Of a DNA stretch of 64,000 nucleotides, positions 1-12,646 are shown one piece after another; position 1 is the first letter of the stretch, and every line of letters begins with the position of its first letter. The notes beneath the pieces are model-generated. The model had not been told where the DNA came from and ran no database searches. It saw only the letters and a list, made by a program, of their open reading frames with translations. This DNA comes from Amoebidium appalachense. Lineage: Eukaryota; Protista; Ichthyosporea. The stretch lies in assembly GCA_963693365.1 (NCBI GenBank), contig CAVNZM010000001.1, positions 6,216,907 to 6,280,906 of the forward strand, in the 5' to 3' direction. Position numbers and translations under genes: made by a program.

Positions 1-70
1 AGAGAGTTGGGGGAGGGGGCAGGAGAGAGAAAGACAGACAGGGGGGGGGGGGGGAGAAGAGAGAGAGAGA

Positions 71-156
<86 letters not shown>

Positions 157-740
157 TGTGTGTGTGTGTGTGAGAGAGAGATAGAGAGAGAGAGTGTGTG
201 TGTGTGGGTGTGGGTGTGCTTGTGTGTGCGCTCGTGTGTGCGTGTGCATGTATGGATGGCCGCTTGGTAGGTGGGAGGCAAGGAGGTGGGAGGTGGGTAA
301 GGAGACGGGGGGGGGGGGGGGGGGGGGGGGGGGGGATGGGGCAAGGGGGGCCGGAACTGGTGAGCAAAAAAGAGAGACAGATCCGTGGGGTCAGGGCGGG
401 GATGCATGTGCAGGGCCGCACAGAAGAAGGGCCCACCTCGTCAATGAATCATTTTCAAACAAATTACTTCTTGATTTATTTACAACCCAGACCCCGGGTC
501 TAGGAAATTTTACCAGACCGTTTCTGTTCTTATACCTAGAAATTCAAGCCATTTGTTTGGGACTTGATTTACACATATCTTCAGACAAGTTCAACCATCT
601 GCATCCTTATGTAAGGACTGCTCACATATACAGGAAAAATTTTCTGACCAACTTACAATCTAACTGGTGTGGTTCTGCATCCAGGCAAATACATTGAAAT
701 TATCATTTTTGGCAAAATGAAACATGAAATTTGGCCCAAT

Positions 741-1159
741 TTACTGGTTCTCGGGCATGAGCAGGTTTGAGACGGACTTGATGAGGGGGTGGTTCTCGGT
801 CACAAACTCATCGAGATCCAGCGCCCAGAAAAATGCACCGCCCTGGGCTGTGGGGGGAGGGGGGGGTTAGAACAGAAAAATTATTATGAAATCAGTGCAA
901 TTTCATAAAATATGTGCTTGTGCTACAAAGTTATATGAGGAGGCGTATAAACTGTTAGAGGGGGCCAAAAATGGAGGCCAAAAATGGAGGGCATAGAGGA
1001 ATGGGCAGACGAGAGGGAGCTCGGCAAAGTTTTGAAATGTTGGAGCCAATTAATAACTGGAACCATGAGACAAGGCCCTGGGGAAAACAAAGGTGAACCA
1101 CTGTGGTCCATTTTCTTTGTGTGTGCGGTGGGTTTTAAAGGAAGGGGAGGGGGGGGGGG

Positions 1160-1195
<36 letters not shown>

Positions 1196-4100
1196 GGGGG
1201 GATTAAACAAATCTTTAAGAGGGTAAAAGTAGGGGTTTGTGAAGGGGCGAGATGTTGTTGGCGACTCTTTGCAAAATTGCACTGGCGGGGTCCATACCGG
1301 GGCCGCTGGGGTCCTTGACGAGCAGGTCGACCTTCTCCTTGAGGGTCTGGGGGCTGTCGTAGCCGCACCAGCCGTGCTTGCCGTCGGCCGTCATCCACTG
1401 CACAATCTGCGTGCTTGTGACCGGATCGTACAGGCTCGTGCCCTGCCGGCCCAGCGCGCTGATCTCGTAGGCCGCCAGGAAGCCCTCCTCCTCGGTGACG
1501 CCGCCGTTATCGATGCCCTTGGGGGCCTTGAGCGTGGGGTGCTTGGCCGCATTGAGGTTGGTCTGCGTCAGCGGCAGCGTGCTGTCGTTGAGGTAGATGC
1601 AGCGCCCGTACGCCCCCAGCCCCAGCACGATCTTGCTGCTGGCCGCCCCCAGCTCCTTCCACGCCTGCACCCCGCGCTGCACCGAGAACATCTTGGGCTC
1701 GGTCTCGTTGTACTGCGCCAAGAACGGCGGCGGGGCCAGGGCCGTGTGGGGGCGGGCCACGGGCTCCCAAGCGCCGTACAGGTCGTAGGACATGACGAAG
1801 ATGTGGTCAAAGTGCGGCGCAATGGCCGGCACGTCGTAGGCGCTGGCAATGCCCTGGTGGCTGGCCCACACGGCCGTGGTGAACAGGATGGGCTGGCGCT
1901 TGGTGGCCCCGGCCTCGTCGGCAAACACGGCCCGGCACGTGCGCACCAGCTCCGTGTACTGGGCGCGCTGCTGGTCGCTGCCCGGGTAGCCGTCCTCGAC
2001 GTTGGCGGGGTACTCCCAGTCAAAGTCGATGCCGTCAAAGTAGTGCTCCCGCACAAACGCCACGGCGTTCTGGCAGAACCGCTGCCGGTTCTCGGGCTTG
2101 CATGCCGTGGGGAATACGTCCTTGGTCCACGCCGTGGCGCCGGGGCCCGTGCCCTTGCTGAAGTTCCAGCCGCCCAGGGACAGCAGCACCTTGACCTTCG
2201 GGTTCTGCGTCTTGGCCCGCGAGATCACGCGGTAGTACATGCTCTGCTTGTAGTCCGTATCCGTGCGAATGTCGTTCCACTCGAACGGCGCAAAGCTCAG
2301 GTCCTGCTTGACAAACCCGAAGCCGTAGTTGATGTGCGTCAGCATGGTGGCATCGATGTTCTCGGCCACATAGGGCTTGCCCTTGCGGTACTGCGCCCAG
2401 TTGGTGTAGTAGGCCCCCACCACACGCTTGGGCGGCACGTAGGGCGTGTTGTCCGTGGGCTTGCACACGCCAATCTGCTTCCAGTTGCCGGTCGTGTCGG
2501 AGGCCGGGTCGGCGCCCTGCGAGTAGTAGGCGTTGCGATAGACCTTGCCCTTGCTGTTGATGACCGTGTTGCCGGCGTAGATCATGTACGAGCGGTACTC
2601 GAGCATGGGGAACGCGCAGTCGTATTCCGTCGTGGGGCCGGCCGTGGTCGTGGTCGCGGGGGTGGTGGTGGTGACCGGGGCAGCACTAGTGGTGCTGGTG
2701 GCAGGAGCCTGGGTGGTGGTGGTAACAGGTGCCTGGGTGGTGGTGGTCGTCACGGGGGCCTGTGTAGTCTGTTGTTGGGTATAATAGAGAGTGAGATTTC
2801 TATTGCTGGCAGAAGGAAATGCATAGTTGTGATCGCAAACTTTTCGCAGCATGCTACCTAATGCAGCCTTTCAAAGGTACCTCCGCGGTTCTTCCTCCCC
2901 CCTCCCCCCCCCCCCCACCCACCCACCCACCCCCCTCCCTCCCTTTCTGCCCCGCCCCTCTCCCTCCCTTCCCGCCTTCCTTTCCTCTTTGCAGAAGTGC
3001 CCAACAATGCACAATTATTCGGCTTTTGTCCCAGCAGCAGCATGAATGGTGCAGCCCATGCATAAATCGATATCCAATATATCATGTACATGAATGATGG
3101 GCAAACGGTTCTAAAAGCCCACACCTGAATTGCTCTAACGGATATAAATACATACATGGTCCGTCCGCATCCTGAACACGCCGGTGACAAGCCTTATCAC
3201 AGCCGCAGATTTTGATATGCCGCATCCTGTGTTTTCTTTCAATATAGAATTGTAACTGAAAGAAACAAACAGCAAACAATCCTTACCGTGTTGGTGGCCG
3301 GGCCACAGCTTGTAGCCACGACACAGTGTGTGGTGGGGCACTGGGTGGTAGAGTAGCCGCCGCACCATGCGTCATAGGTGCTGCCGTAGGTGGCGTTGGG
3401 TTTGCACACAGACTTGCACGTGCCTGTAGTGGTCACCGGTGCCTGAGTGGTGGTGGTGGTGGCGGCAGCGGTGGTTGTGGCCTGGGCCGAAGTGGTGGTC
3501 ACGGTGTAAACAACTGTACACATGAACTGTACATGTTTACTAAAGAATGTGATCTACTAGCACACGATTCGTGCTTTGTCATGAATATCACATAAATATT
3601 ATGTCCGCACCAATAGGACTCACTCTGACCTAAGAATTGAACCATATATGGTTCTTCCGCTGCATACCACATAAACGAAGTGAACCAATAAGAGGTTTGC
3701 ATAAATAGGACGAAGGTCTGACTGGCTCGGACCGCACCAGAATCACGAATGGCATGTTGCCACCCGCGCTGGCCGCGGATGAACCAATCCTGGGCCTTGA
3801 TCCGAAACCTGGGGGCTATATAACAAAGCCGTCCCAGTACGGGGATCACATCAGTGAAGTCTGAGACAGACTGAGTCGGCCCATAGTAAAAGCAACCTGG
3901 CCGCGTGTGCCTTTCTACCCGTTCTCTGTCTTTATTTTGATTCAGTTGTACTCTGCCTTATCCTAACTAGTCCAACTGTTTACATTGGCGACCGCGCAGT
4001 TCAAGAATCTCGCATCCTTCGAATCTCACATCTTTCAATCAGCTCAAGAATCTCACATCTTTCAATTACCCCAAGAATCTGCCATGGCCGATCACAAATC

Positions 4101-7100
4101 CTTTTTACCACGATGATAGGTACATCTTTCCTTGTCCGACTTAAAATATATACACCGACAAGTTTGAAGTGGCCAGCCCACCTACACGGAAAGAATTGAA
4201 AGCATGTAAAACGGCTTTTGCTACGACACAAAAAAAATGTGAAGAAAAACGAATACACAACGAAACAACGAATACACGAACAAACGAATGAAGAATTGCT
4301 AACGAAGCAATGAACCAACGAAAAACGAACCATCACGAATACACAATGAAATAAAGAATTAACGACAAACGAATGCATAGAGGAAATACGAAATGAATGC
4401 AACACGAAAACAAAACGAAGTAACGAAGTTATCAAACGACAAAAAACGAAAAACGAAAGCAAAATGAATTGGAAATACGAAAATGAAAGAACGAATGCAC
4501 AACACTGCTTGGGTTGCAATGCACACAGCCCCCTCTATGTTAGGAAGAAAATAAAACCGTTGCCCTTGCGTGCATTGCGCTATTGCACACTGCCATCGTG
4601 TCCATGCCACCGCATGCACGTCCACACTCGCAAGCCAGATGCACGGCCACTTTCAGCACGAATGCATTTAAAGAAGAAGATAGTCGCTGTTCCTATAGCA
4701 TGTAGGACATAAGGTGCTGTGAAAGTAGTTTTGCATGCATGCTTCGAATTTCTTGCTGTTGTCGAATACAGCATGCCCCATAGTTTAGCGCACAGGATGC
4801 ACAACATGCGCATGAATGTATGCTGGCATGCCTAAACACATTACGAACATATGGCTCATGTATGGCCCTTCCTGGTGCCATGCAACAACGAATTTGCACT
4901 CTTGGTGCACAGAAGGCATGTAATAAAGTCGATGCAGAACTTTTGTTCGTGCATGCGAAACAAACGAAGCTGTGGGGTACGAATTTACAGGTAACTGCCA
5001 GTGTGTGGCAATACTGTACAAATACTATAACATACGAACTATGCTGTAAAGCCTGGAATACCTGCATGCAAAATAAAATTGCTGCCGGCACACCCCCACC
5101 AGAATAAAGAAAACAAAAGAATGTGGTATGGGCACCGTTCCCTCACAACCCCAGCATACAGTGTCAGTATTTTGGCTGGAAGCCTTTCAGTTTCGAATTA
5201 CGAATACCCTCCTTCACTACTGAAGAAAGTGACGTGGAAGACGAATACGAATACGAATGCAAGGTGTTGTTGACTAACACATCGGACCATCATGTGTACC
5301 TAGGCCCTGGTACGGAGGTGACCATGTTATTCCCTTGCAATATGATGACACTGTAACAATTTAGCACGTGCATACCCCACCAATGGGCACATGCGGGAGA
5401 CAACCCCACAAGCTGCCTTATTGGGCACCTCTGCTAAAACGAATATTCTTCTCACGAAGGAACAGAAGAATGCCACGAACACGAACCACACACTCCCCAG
5501 GCAGCTACTTACGTCTGATGTATGAAAGTAGTAGGTGTGTGAATTGGGTAACTCCATGAACACCAACACGAAAGAAAGCACAGCACAAAGCAGTTCCACG
5601 AACACGAATGGTTTTGGTTTTCCACACAACGAACAGAACCAACAGTAGGGCCACCTACAAATGAAGCAGAGGATGGGGCACCATCCAGACCTGCACTGGA
5701 GGATATGAAGATACGAAGCGCGCTCACGAAGTTGCTTACAAAAGAAAGGGCGACCGTGACGACTTTTCTTTTGAGGCCAAGCCTCCAGAAGAATGTATTA
5801 TGCCTGGAATCCCCCTGCTCAACGAAAATCGCTGGCTCATGGGATACGAAAACTGCTCACGAATGGAAGCAGGTGTTTTCTGAAGAAGGCTTGCTTTGCC
5901 TACCCTCTTCTTATGAATTATGAACCGGGTTTTTACTGGTTCTGACGGGCTGATATATTTCTTTATGTCGCCCAACGAAGAACATTTAGGGCATTCTTAT
6001 TCATGCTATTCCCGGCTCCGATGATGCAGGGTTAAAGCTGAAAGGAAAGAAGTGCTCTTTGTTCATGAAAGAAGTGGCTTTTCCGGCCATGGTGACTCGC
6101 CTTACAGTCTTAAGGTAGAACCGGGATAAGGAGCAGCGGCTAAGCCTTGAAGCTATCCACCACTACCTGAGCTACGAAGTGACCTAAGGCTTGAGTTATA
6201 TTCATTATCGAATGTTTGGTATGATCATTCATCCACACAACCAAATTACTCGCAATTGAAAACGAATCTGCGGGAGTTTCCTAAAAAGGAAAAACACCTA
6301 AAAAAGGAAAATATTACTTCTACAGAAAAGCCAAGCACAGAGACGAAGCGAACAATTCGCACACACTCTGCAATAATCTTCGCCACGAAAATGAAATCAC
6401 AGAAGAATGCTGCATGAATTTACGTTTTGGCAAATGAAGAAGTGCTCATAGACGTGCACAACTCTATTCAATCGTCCTTGCTCTGTTCTGCCCAGCAGGT
6501 CGGCGCACGAGAATTCTCGCTGAAGGTTGTTTATCGCCTCTCAGCCTGGTGGTTTGCTTGTCTAACGACACCACCAGGCTCCCGACAAGGGGGGAGTGTA
6601 AACAACTGTACACATGAACTGTACATGTTTACTAAAGAATGTGATCTACTAGCACACGATTCGTGCTTTGTCATGAATATCACATAAATATTATGTCCGC
6701 ACCAATAGGACTCACTCTGACCTAAGAATTGAACCATATATGGTTCTTCCGCTGCATACCACATAAACGAAGTGAACCAATAAGAGGTTTGCATAAATAG
6801 GACGAAGGTCTGACTGGCTCGGACCGCACCAGAATCACGAATGGCATGTTGCCACCCGCGCTGGCCGCGGATGAACCAATCCTGGGCCTTGATCCGAAAC
6901 CTGGGGGCTATATAACAAAGCCGTCCCAGTACGGGGATCACATCAGTGAAGTCTGAGACAGACTGAGTCGGCCCATAGTAAAAGCAACCTGGCCGCGTGT
7001 GCCTTTCTACCCGTTCTCTGTCTTTATTTTGATTCAGTTGTACTCTGCCTTATCCTAACTAGTCCAACTGTTTACACACGGGTGCCTGGGTGGTGGTGGT

Positions 7101-7550
7101 CTGGCGTGTGGTGGTCTGCGAGGGAAAATGTGAGCTGGCTATGGATCTTTGTAACCTTATTGGTATTGGCTGCATCTGTGAAAAGTTTGCAACACTCAAA
7201 CACGTACCGTAGCGTCCTCTAGGTCTTTCATGTGTAGTAATATGATAACAAATTCGATTTGCATGCAGCAACGTTAACACCAGTGTGCACGTGATAGGCT
7301 ACAGTAACGCCCAACAGGGACAATACTCAACACAGATACAGACACGTATACGTACCGTGGTTGGAGACCCAGAGCAGGTCTGCATCGCACAGAAGCCAGC
7401 AAGGGTGCAGTTCGGCTGGCCAGAGCAGTAGGCGAGGTTCACCCGAGAATCAAGAGGAGTGCAGCAGAGCCCCCCGGCCTGGCGCCTTTCGAGCGCCGCG
7501 CCCAGAGCCGAGCCGGCGGCCATAACGGCGACAAAAGTTTGCTGAAGCAT
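741..7550 (-). CDS. Secreted GH18 chitinase with two Cys-rich modules, Thr-rich linkers and a CBM5/12-like domain; exon 2 is interrupted by an LTR element (possibly a disrupted allele)
   Basis: Exons (minus): 7550-7356 (signal peptide MLQQTFVAVMAAGSALG plus Cys-rich module); 7115-7077 + 3499-3287 (exon 2, split by the insertion); 2768-1298; 847-741. All junctions are GT-AG with compatible phases (0,0,1), giving ~674 aa once the insertion is removed. Intact catalytic motif FDGIDFDWEYP, plus KVLLSLGGW, MSYDLYG and the terminal GGAFFWALDLD in exon 4. YAGNTVINSKGKVYRNAYYSQGADP...WKQIGVC resembles CBM5/12. Confidence 0.93.
3505..3984 (+). repeat. 5' LTR (480 bp)
   Basis: Direct repeat of 6597-7076; TG...CA termini; followed by the PBS. 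Confidence 0.95.
6597..7076 (+). repeat. 3' LTR (480 bp)
   Basis: Direct repeat of 3505-3984; preceded by the polypurine tract. Confidence 0.95.
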
Positions 7551-7619
7551 CTTTAAGAAGTAGAGACGACCACTGTAGAGGCGTTGGTGGTGGTGTGAGG
7601 TTTGGGTAGAAGGTGGGTG

Positions 7620-7629
7620 CTTATATACA
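7620..7629 (-). promoter_or_regulatory. Putative TATA box of the chitinase gene
   Basis: TATATAAG on the minus strand, ~70 bp upstream of the chitinase ATG (7550). Confidence 0.5.
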
Positions 7630-7687
7630 CCGGGGCAACTCGGGAGAGGGCCCTAGAGCTCACGCGATCATAGGTATGCATCTCGAT

Positions 7688-8053
7688 TGTATGAGTGAGA
7701 TTGTCCCACAATCACACGCATATGAATTTGTACTTGGAGTCAGAGGCAGAGACCAGATCCGCCGAGACCCTGCCCGAGCCTCATGGCTCCCCCTATACTA
7801 TGCCGCTGATTACGCTCATATATGGTAGCAGAGACAGCCCGACCGCCCTCTGATGGCCTAGCCGCTTTCCACTGCGCACTGCTATGAGCTCGGGGCGAGC
7901 TCACTCCCGCCGCCGAGATGTATGAGTGAGATTGTCCCACAATCACACGCATATGAATTTGTACTTGGAGTCAGAGGCAGAGACCAGATCCGCCGAGACC
8001 CTGCCCGAGCCTCATGGCTCCCCCTATACTATGCCGCTGATTACGCTCATATA
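7688..8053 (+). mobile_element. TRIM (terminal-repeat retrotransposon in miniature), 366 bp
   Basis: Two 135-bp direct repeats (7688-7822, 7919-8053) with TGTATGAG...CTCATATA ends. The 96-bp core begins with TGGTAGCAGAG, complementary to the 3' end of animal-type initiator tRNA-Met. 4-bp TSD CGAT at 7684-7687 and 8054-8057. Confidence 0.88.
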
Positions 8054-8885
8054 CGATATGGGATAGTAGTTATCTATTGGCTGGATTTGAATGGAATGTA
8101 GAGCAAGCCGCTCATCTGCTTCATCCGTGAGCAATGATTCATTTGCGCATGCCTCACCCGCAAAGAAGACTCCAGTTGGGGTCAATTAGAATCCTGACTT
8201 ATGAATGTGCTATACAGTACGATCTGTCTAGGCGGAAGACGGTAAGCTCCCCTGAGGCAGTGCCTCGCCGGGAGTGAAACGGGATAAAATAAATAAAATA
8301 AAAAAAAGATGTACAAGACTTTGAAGAAAAGCTGTAAAAGGGGCCAATGCATCAAGACAAGAGGTGAGAAAGGGTAGGTTTTACTAGTTGAGGCGACTTT
8401 GAAATGTAGCTCAGTGTAGCCTCCCTACGTCATTCGACCGCCAATTCAGATCCAAGAGCGCTGTGATCTACTTCTTAGCGATCAGTGACTCATAACGGAT
8501 CACGATGACGGAGCAATCAATGATTATCGCTGCCGTCTACATAGGTCATTGTAACACGTTGCAATAATCAAAATATTAATCAATGTGCACACATGCACAC
8601 TAACAAAAAGTTAGTTTTATGGGCTCAAATACCATTATTTTGTTATCATGATGACCAGCATATACTAGCTTATTGCCTTTATGATCAATGAACCGCCATT
8701 TCGACGAGGCCAGTGCAGTGGAATCATATGATTCATATCACTGAATTCGTGGCTTTGGATTGGTCAAGAGCCCCTGGTGCTTTGTGTAACCAATAGATAG
8801 GTCTATGTATAACCCATATATGGTTATCATGTCCATCTCGACCAGTCGATTAGCTGCAGGCCGGCTCGCGGCTGCGCCCGCCCAC

Positions 8886-9282
8886 CAGGGAAGCGCCCAA
8901 AGTTTCACGGGCCGGTTCGAATCGGGTTTTATTGTCGTCGGGTCGGGTTTGGTCGGTCATGGAAGATCTACAGCCAGGGTCGGTCGGTCACCGGTCACAC
9001 AAGTCCCAAACCAGGTCGGTCACCGGGCCGGGTCTAAGTGAAAATCTCGGGAGTCCTCCCTTAGTGGGGGGCGCAGCGTGTGTTTTGCCGTGTAACAAGC
9101 GGGCACTGGGGCACTTCCTGACTAGATGGATCCCCTGTTTAATTTGCACGCACTTGTGTTAACACGGTTCTACGGTACGCACGTGTGTATTGTGTGCGTG
9201 CGTGTATGTGTGCGAGGGCGCGTGCGCGCGCATGTGTGCGGATGCGCACAGTGCGCGCGCGCGTGTATGTGTACATGCACAC

Positions 9283-9316
<34 letters not shown>

Positions 9317-9453
9317 GTATGTTCGTGTGTGTGTGTGTGCACGTATGTGTGCACGTGTGTGTGTGCCGTCTGTGTGTCTGAGTGCACGGTGTGCGTGTGT
9401 GTGTGTGTGTGTGTGTGCGTGCGCGCGTGTGTGTGTGTTCGTTTGTCCGTGTC

Positions 9454-9536
<83 letters not shown>

Positions 9537-9953
9537 TGTTTATGTGCCGAGTGTAAATTTGTGTGTGCCACGTGTGTGTGTATACATGTGTGTTGACATG
9601 TCACGTGTAGCGTGTGCGCGTGTGTGCATGCCAGTGTGTGTGAGCGTAGGCAGCAACTACTTGTACATGTGTCATAAAGCAGTAAATAATGATATATCAT
9701 TGTATCTATACATGATCACTGTAGGCATCAAACGGAAAATAATGCACGACTATGATATTAATAATATTAATATTGTATTATGTATGCCCCCACCTCCCCG
9801 CGCCCCCGGATACCCGGGCGGGTTTTGGCCTCGGGCCGGGTCGGTCACAGGGTATTTTTGGCTTTCGGGAATCTCCAAAATGACCTCGGTCACCCGACCG
9901 ACCCGGCGACCGGTCGGTCCCGAGTCGGGCCGGCCCGGCCCGGCACATCTCTG
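8886..9953. mobile_element. Degenerate hAT-like non-autonomous DNA element with (GT)n interior
   Basis: Imperfect TIRs CAGGGAAGCGCC / GGCACATCTCTG (9 of 12 match). Dense GGTCGG/CCCGA/CGGGTC subterminal repeats at both ends. Flanks CCGCCCAC / CCGCTACT resemble a decayed 8-bp TSD. Confidence 0.55.
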
Positions 9954-10067
9954 CCGCTACTCTTGTAGTTTTTTATTTTATCTTTCTCTCATGCTCTCTC
10001 TCTCTCTCTCTCTCTTGTTACTATGTGTGGCCATGGACGCCGCCCGTGTGTGTGTGTGTGTGTGCAT

Positions 10068-10113
<46 letters not shown>

Positions 10114-11164
10114 CACGTTTGCCCAGCGAGGCGCAGCCTCGCCATATGGGGTTAACGTTTTCTCTACGCCTCAGTGGAAGTCTAGGATCTAGCGGCCATC
10201 AGTGCCGCACAATCAATATTGCATACATGCAAGCAGACGTATCTGGACTGGGGTCTATACTAGTAATTTAGCACGATATCCTCGAAGTTCTCTTTTGACC
10301 ACCACTCAGTGCAGCCACAGCGCAGATTCACGGCACAAACATAGACTTGAAGCCTTGACAAGGCCCTGCGGGGAGACCCATATACACTAGTTCGGAATTC
10401 CCATAATTCGTATGCGTAACCTTATATGGCTTACCTGAAAAATTCGGGTCATCTGATTGGCCTCACTCTCTGAAAGGGCTAGGGTAACCCCCCTGTAGTC
10501 CGGATGATTCACATTGAATGTGAATCAATTTTGTGGCGCTTCTCAATTTCTACCCTGTGGTCAAAAAATACATGTTACTTAAGCAAAAACTTAGTTTTGG
10601 TAGTCAAAAAAACGCCCATATAATTTTTTTTGGGTGTTTATGTCTATATTTTTCATGTTACTTAGAGACGTTCGAGAGGTGGTGCGAGCTCCAAACAATG
10701 TGAATCAATCTGAAAACAATGTGAATCAATTCGCGACTCTCGAGTCGCGACTCACACTGGATCGCGGCCGCGCCAGCCGGGGGGGCCACGTGATCCGACA
10801 TATCATACTAATTAGTGACTAAGTGACACGTGCAGCGTGCGAGGGCTTTTAATGCCGGCATGTCATAGTGCCTGCCAAATGAATAGCGTGTGTCTGTAGG
10901 TGTGTGTGTGCGCGCATGTGTGTGATCATGAGTGGGTGGGTGGGTGGGTGCCGGGTGGGTGGGTGTATGTGTGTGTGTGTGTGTGCGTGTGGCGGTGTGC
11001 ACATGTGTGTACGGTGCGCGCGCGCGCGCGCGCGCGCGCGCGTGTGTGTGTGTTCGCAGAACGTGTGTGTGTGCGACTATGATGTGTGTGTCATTATGGT
11101 GAACATTGGTGTGGCACTGTGTGTGTGTGTGTGTGTGTGTACATGTGTGCATGTGTGTGCACCG

Positions 11165-11204
<40 letters not shown>

Positions 11205-11267
11205 ATGTGTGCGTGTGTGTGTATGTACATGTGTATGTGCGTGTGTGTGTGTGCAACGGTGTGTGTG

Positions 11268-11323
<56 letters not shown>

Positions 11324-11462
11324 CTGTGTATGTGTGTGTATGTGTGTGCACGGCCGGGTGTGTGTGTGTGTACAAGTATGTGTGTGTGTGCCTGTGTGTG
11401 TGTGTTTGCGTGTGTGTGTGTGTGTGTGTGTGTGCTGTGTGTGTGTGTGTGTATGTGTGTGT

Positions 11463-11548
<86 letters not shown>

Positions 11549-11779
11549 CAGTGTGTTGTTTGTTTGTGTGTGTTCGGTGGTTACTGTCACGGTTGGGTGA
11601 TGGCAGTATCGCGTGTGTGTGGTCAGGCGGATGTTGTTGTTGTTATTAGAGAGAGGGAGGGAGGAGGGGAGGGGAGGGGAGGGGGGGGGGGGGGCGGGGA
11701 GGGGGGGGCAAACGTATGCACGTACTCAGCCAGGCGAGCTGCATGTTTTGCTGGTTCTTTCCCGTGTCTTATATATAGT

Positions 11780-12148
11780 GAACAAGTGTCCAAATTTGTA
11801 GATTGCCATAATAAATGGTCGGACATGCAGGTTTGCGTACACTTGCAATTTCACGTTCAAACAAAATTTTTATTCAATGATACAGTAACTCAGCTTGAAG
11901 CTCCTTCTAAATGTCTAAACAAAGTTTTACATAGTGTTCCGAAAAATAACTGTGATACTGGTACACTCTGATCTTAGCAACACAAGAACTTACACAAGAA
12001 CTTATATTTACAGTAGTAGAAGACCACGAAATTTGAACTATTAAGTGTCTTACACTTGAAATTACGTAACAATCCCTCTAACGGTTAACTTGGGTATCAT
12101 AGGCAATCCCCCCTCCCCCCCCCCCCCCCCCTCCCGAGCCCTCCCCTC

Positions 12149-12186
<38 letters not shown>

Positions 12187-12610
12187 ACCACCACCACCAC
12201 CACCACCGTGGCATCATACACCACCACCACACACGCATACACACACACACACAGGGAACAAGTGTCCAAATTTGTAGATTGCCATAATAAATGGTCGGAC
12301 ATGCAGGTTTGCGTACACTTGCAATTTCACGTTCAAACAAAATTTTTATTCAATGATACAGTAACTCAGCTTGAAGCTCCTTCTAAATGTCTAAACAAAG
12401 TTTTACATAGTGTTCCGAAAAATAACTGTGATACTGGTACACTCTGATCTTAGCAACACAAGAACTTATATTTACAGTAGTAGAAGACCACGAAATTTGA
12501 ACTATTAAGTGTCTTACACTTGAAATTACGTAACAATCCCTCTAACGGTTAACTTGGGTATCATAGGCAATCCCCCCTCCCCCCCCCCCCCCCTCCCGAG
12601 CCCTCCCCTC

Positions 12611-12646
<36 letters not shown>

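Larger units (their letters stand above)
3505..7076 (+). mobile_element. Non-autonomous (internally degenerate) Ty3/gypsy LTR retrotransposon, 3572 bp
   Basis: Two 480-bp LTRs (3505-3984, 6597-7076) that look identical by eye and have TGTAAACA...TGTTTACA inverted termini. 5-bp TSD CACGG at 3500-3504 and 7077-7081. PBS TGGCGACCGCG at ~3986; [13 protein letters not shown] at 6587-6596. RT remnant AGLKLKGKKCSLFMKEVAF at 6026-6082. No long internal ORF. Confidence 0.95.

Noticed and set aside
1215-2852. Single-exon 545-aa chitinase as given in the ORF track
   Set aside because: Both ends read into introns; the true signal peptide (7550) and the WALDLD C-terminal exon (847-741) lie outside it.
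1239-2861. 540-aa plus-strand ORF
   Set aside because: Antisense shadow of the GC3-rich chitinase exon 3; no independent motifs.
3499-3849. 116/136-aa ORFs repeated at 3499-3849 and 6531-6941
   Set aside because: They lie within the two LTRs on the antisense strand and have no recognisable domain.
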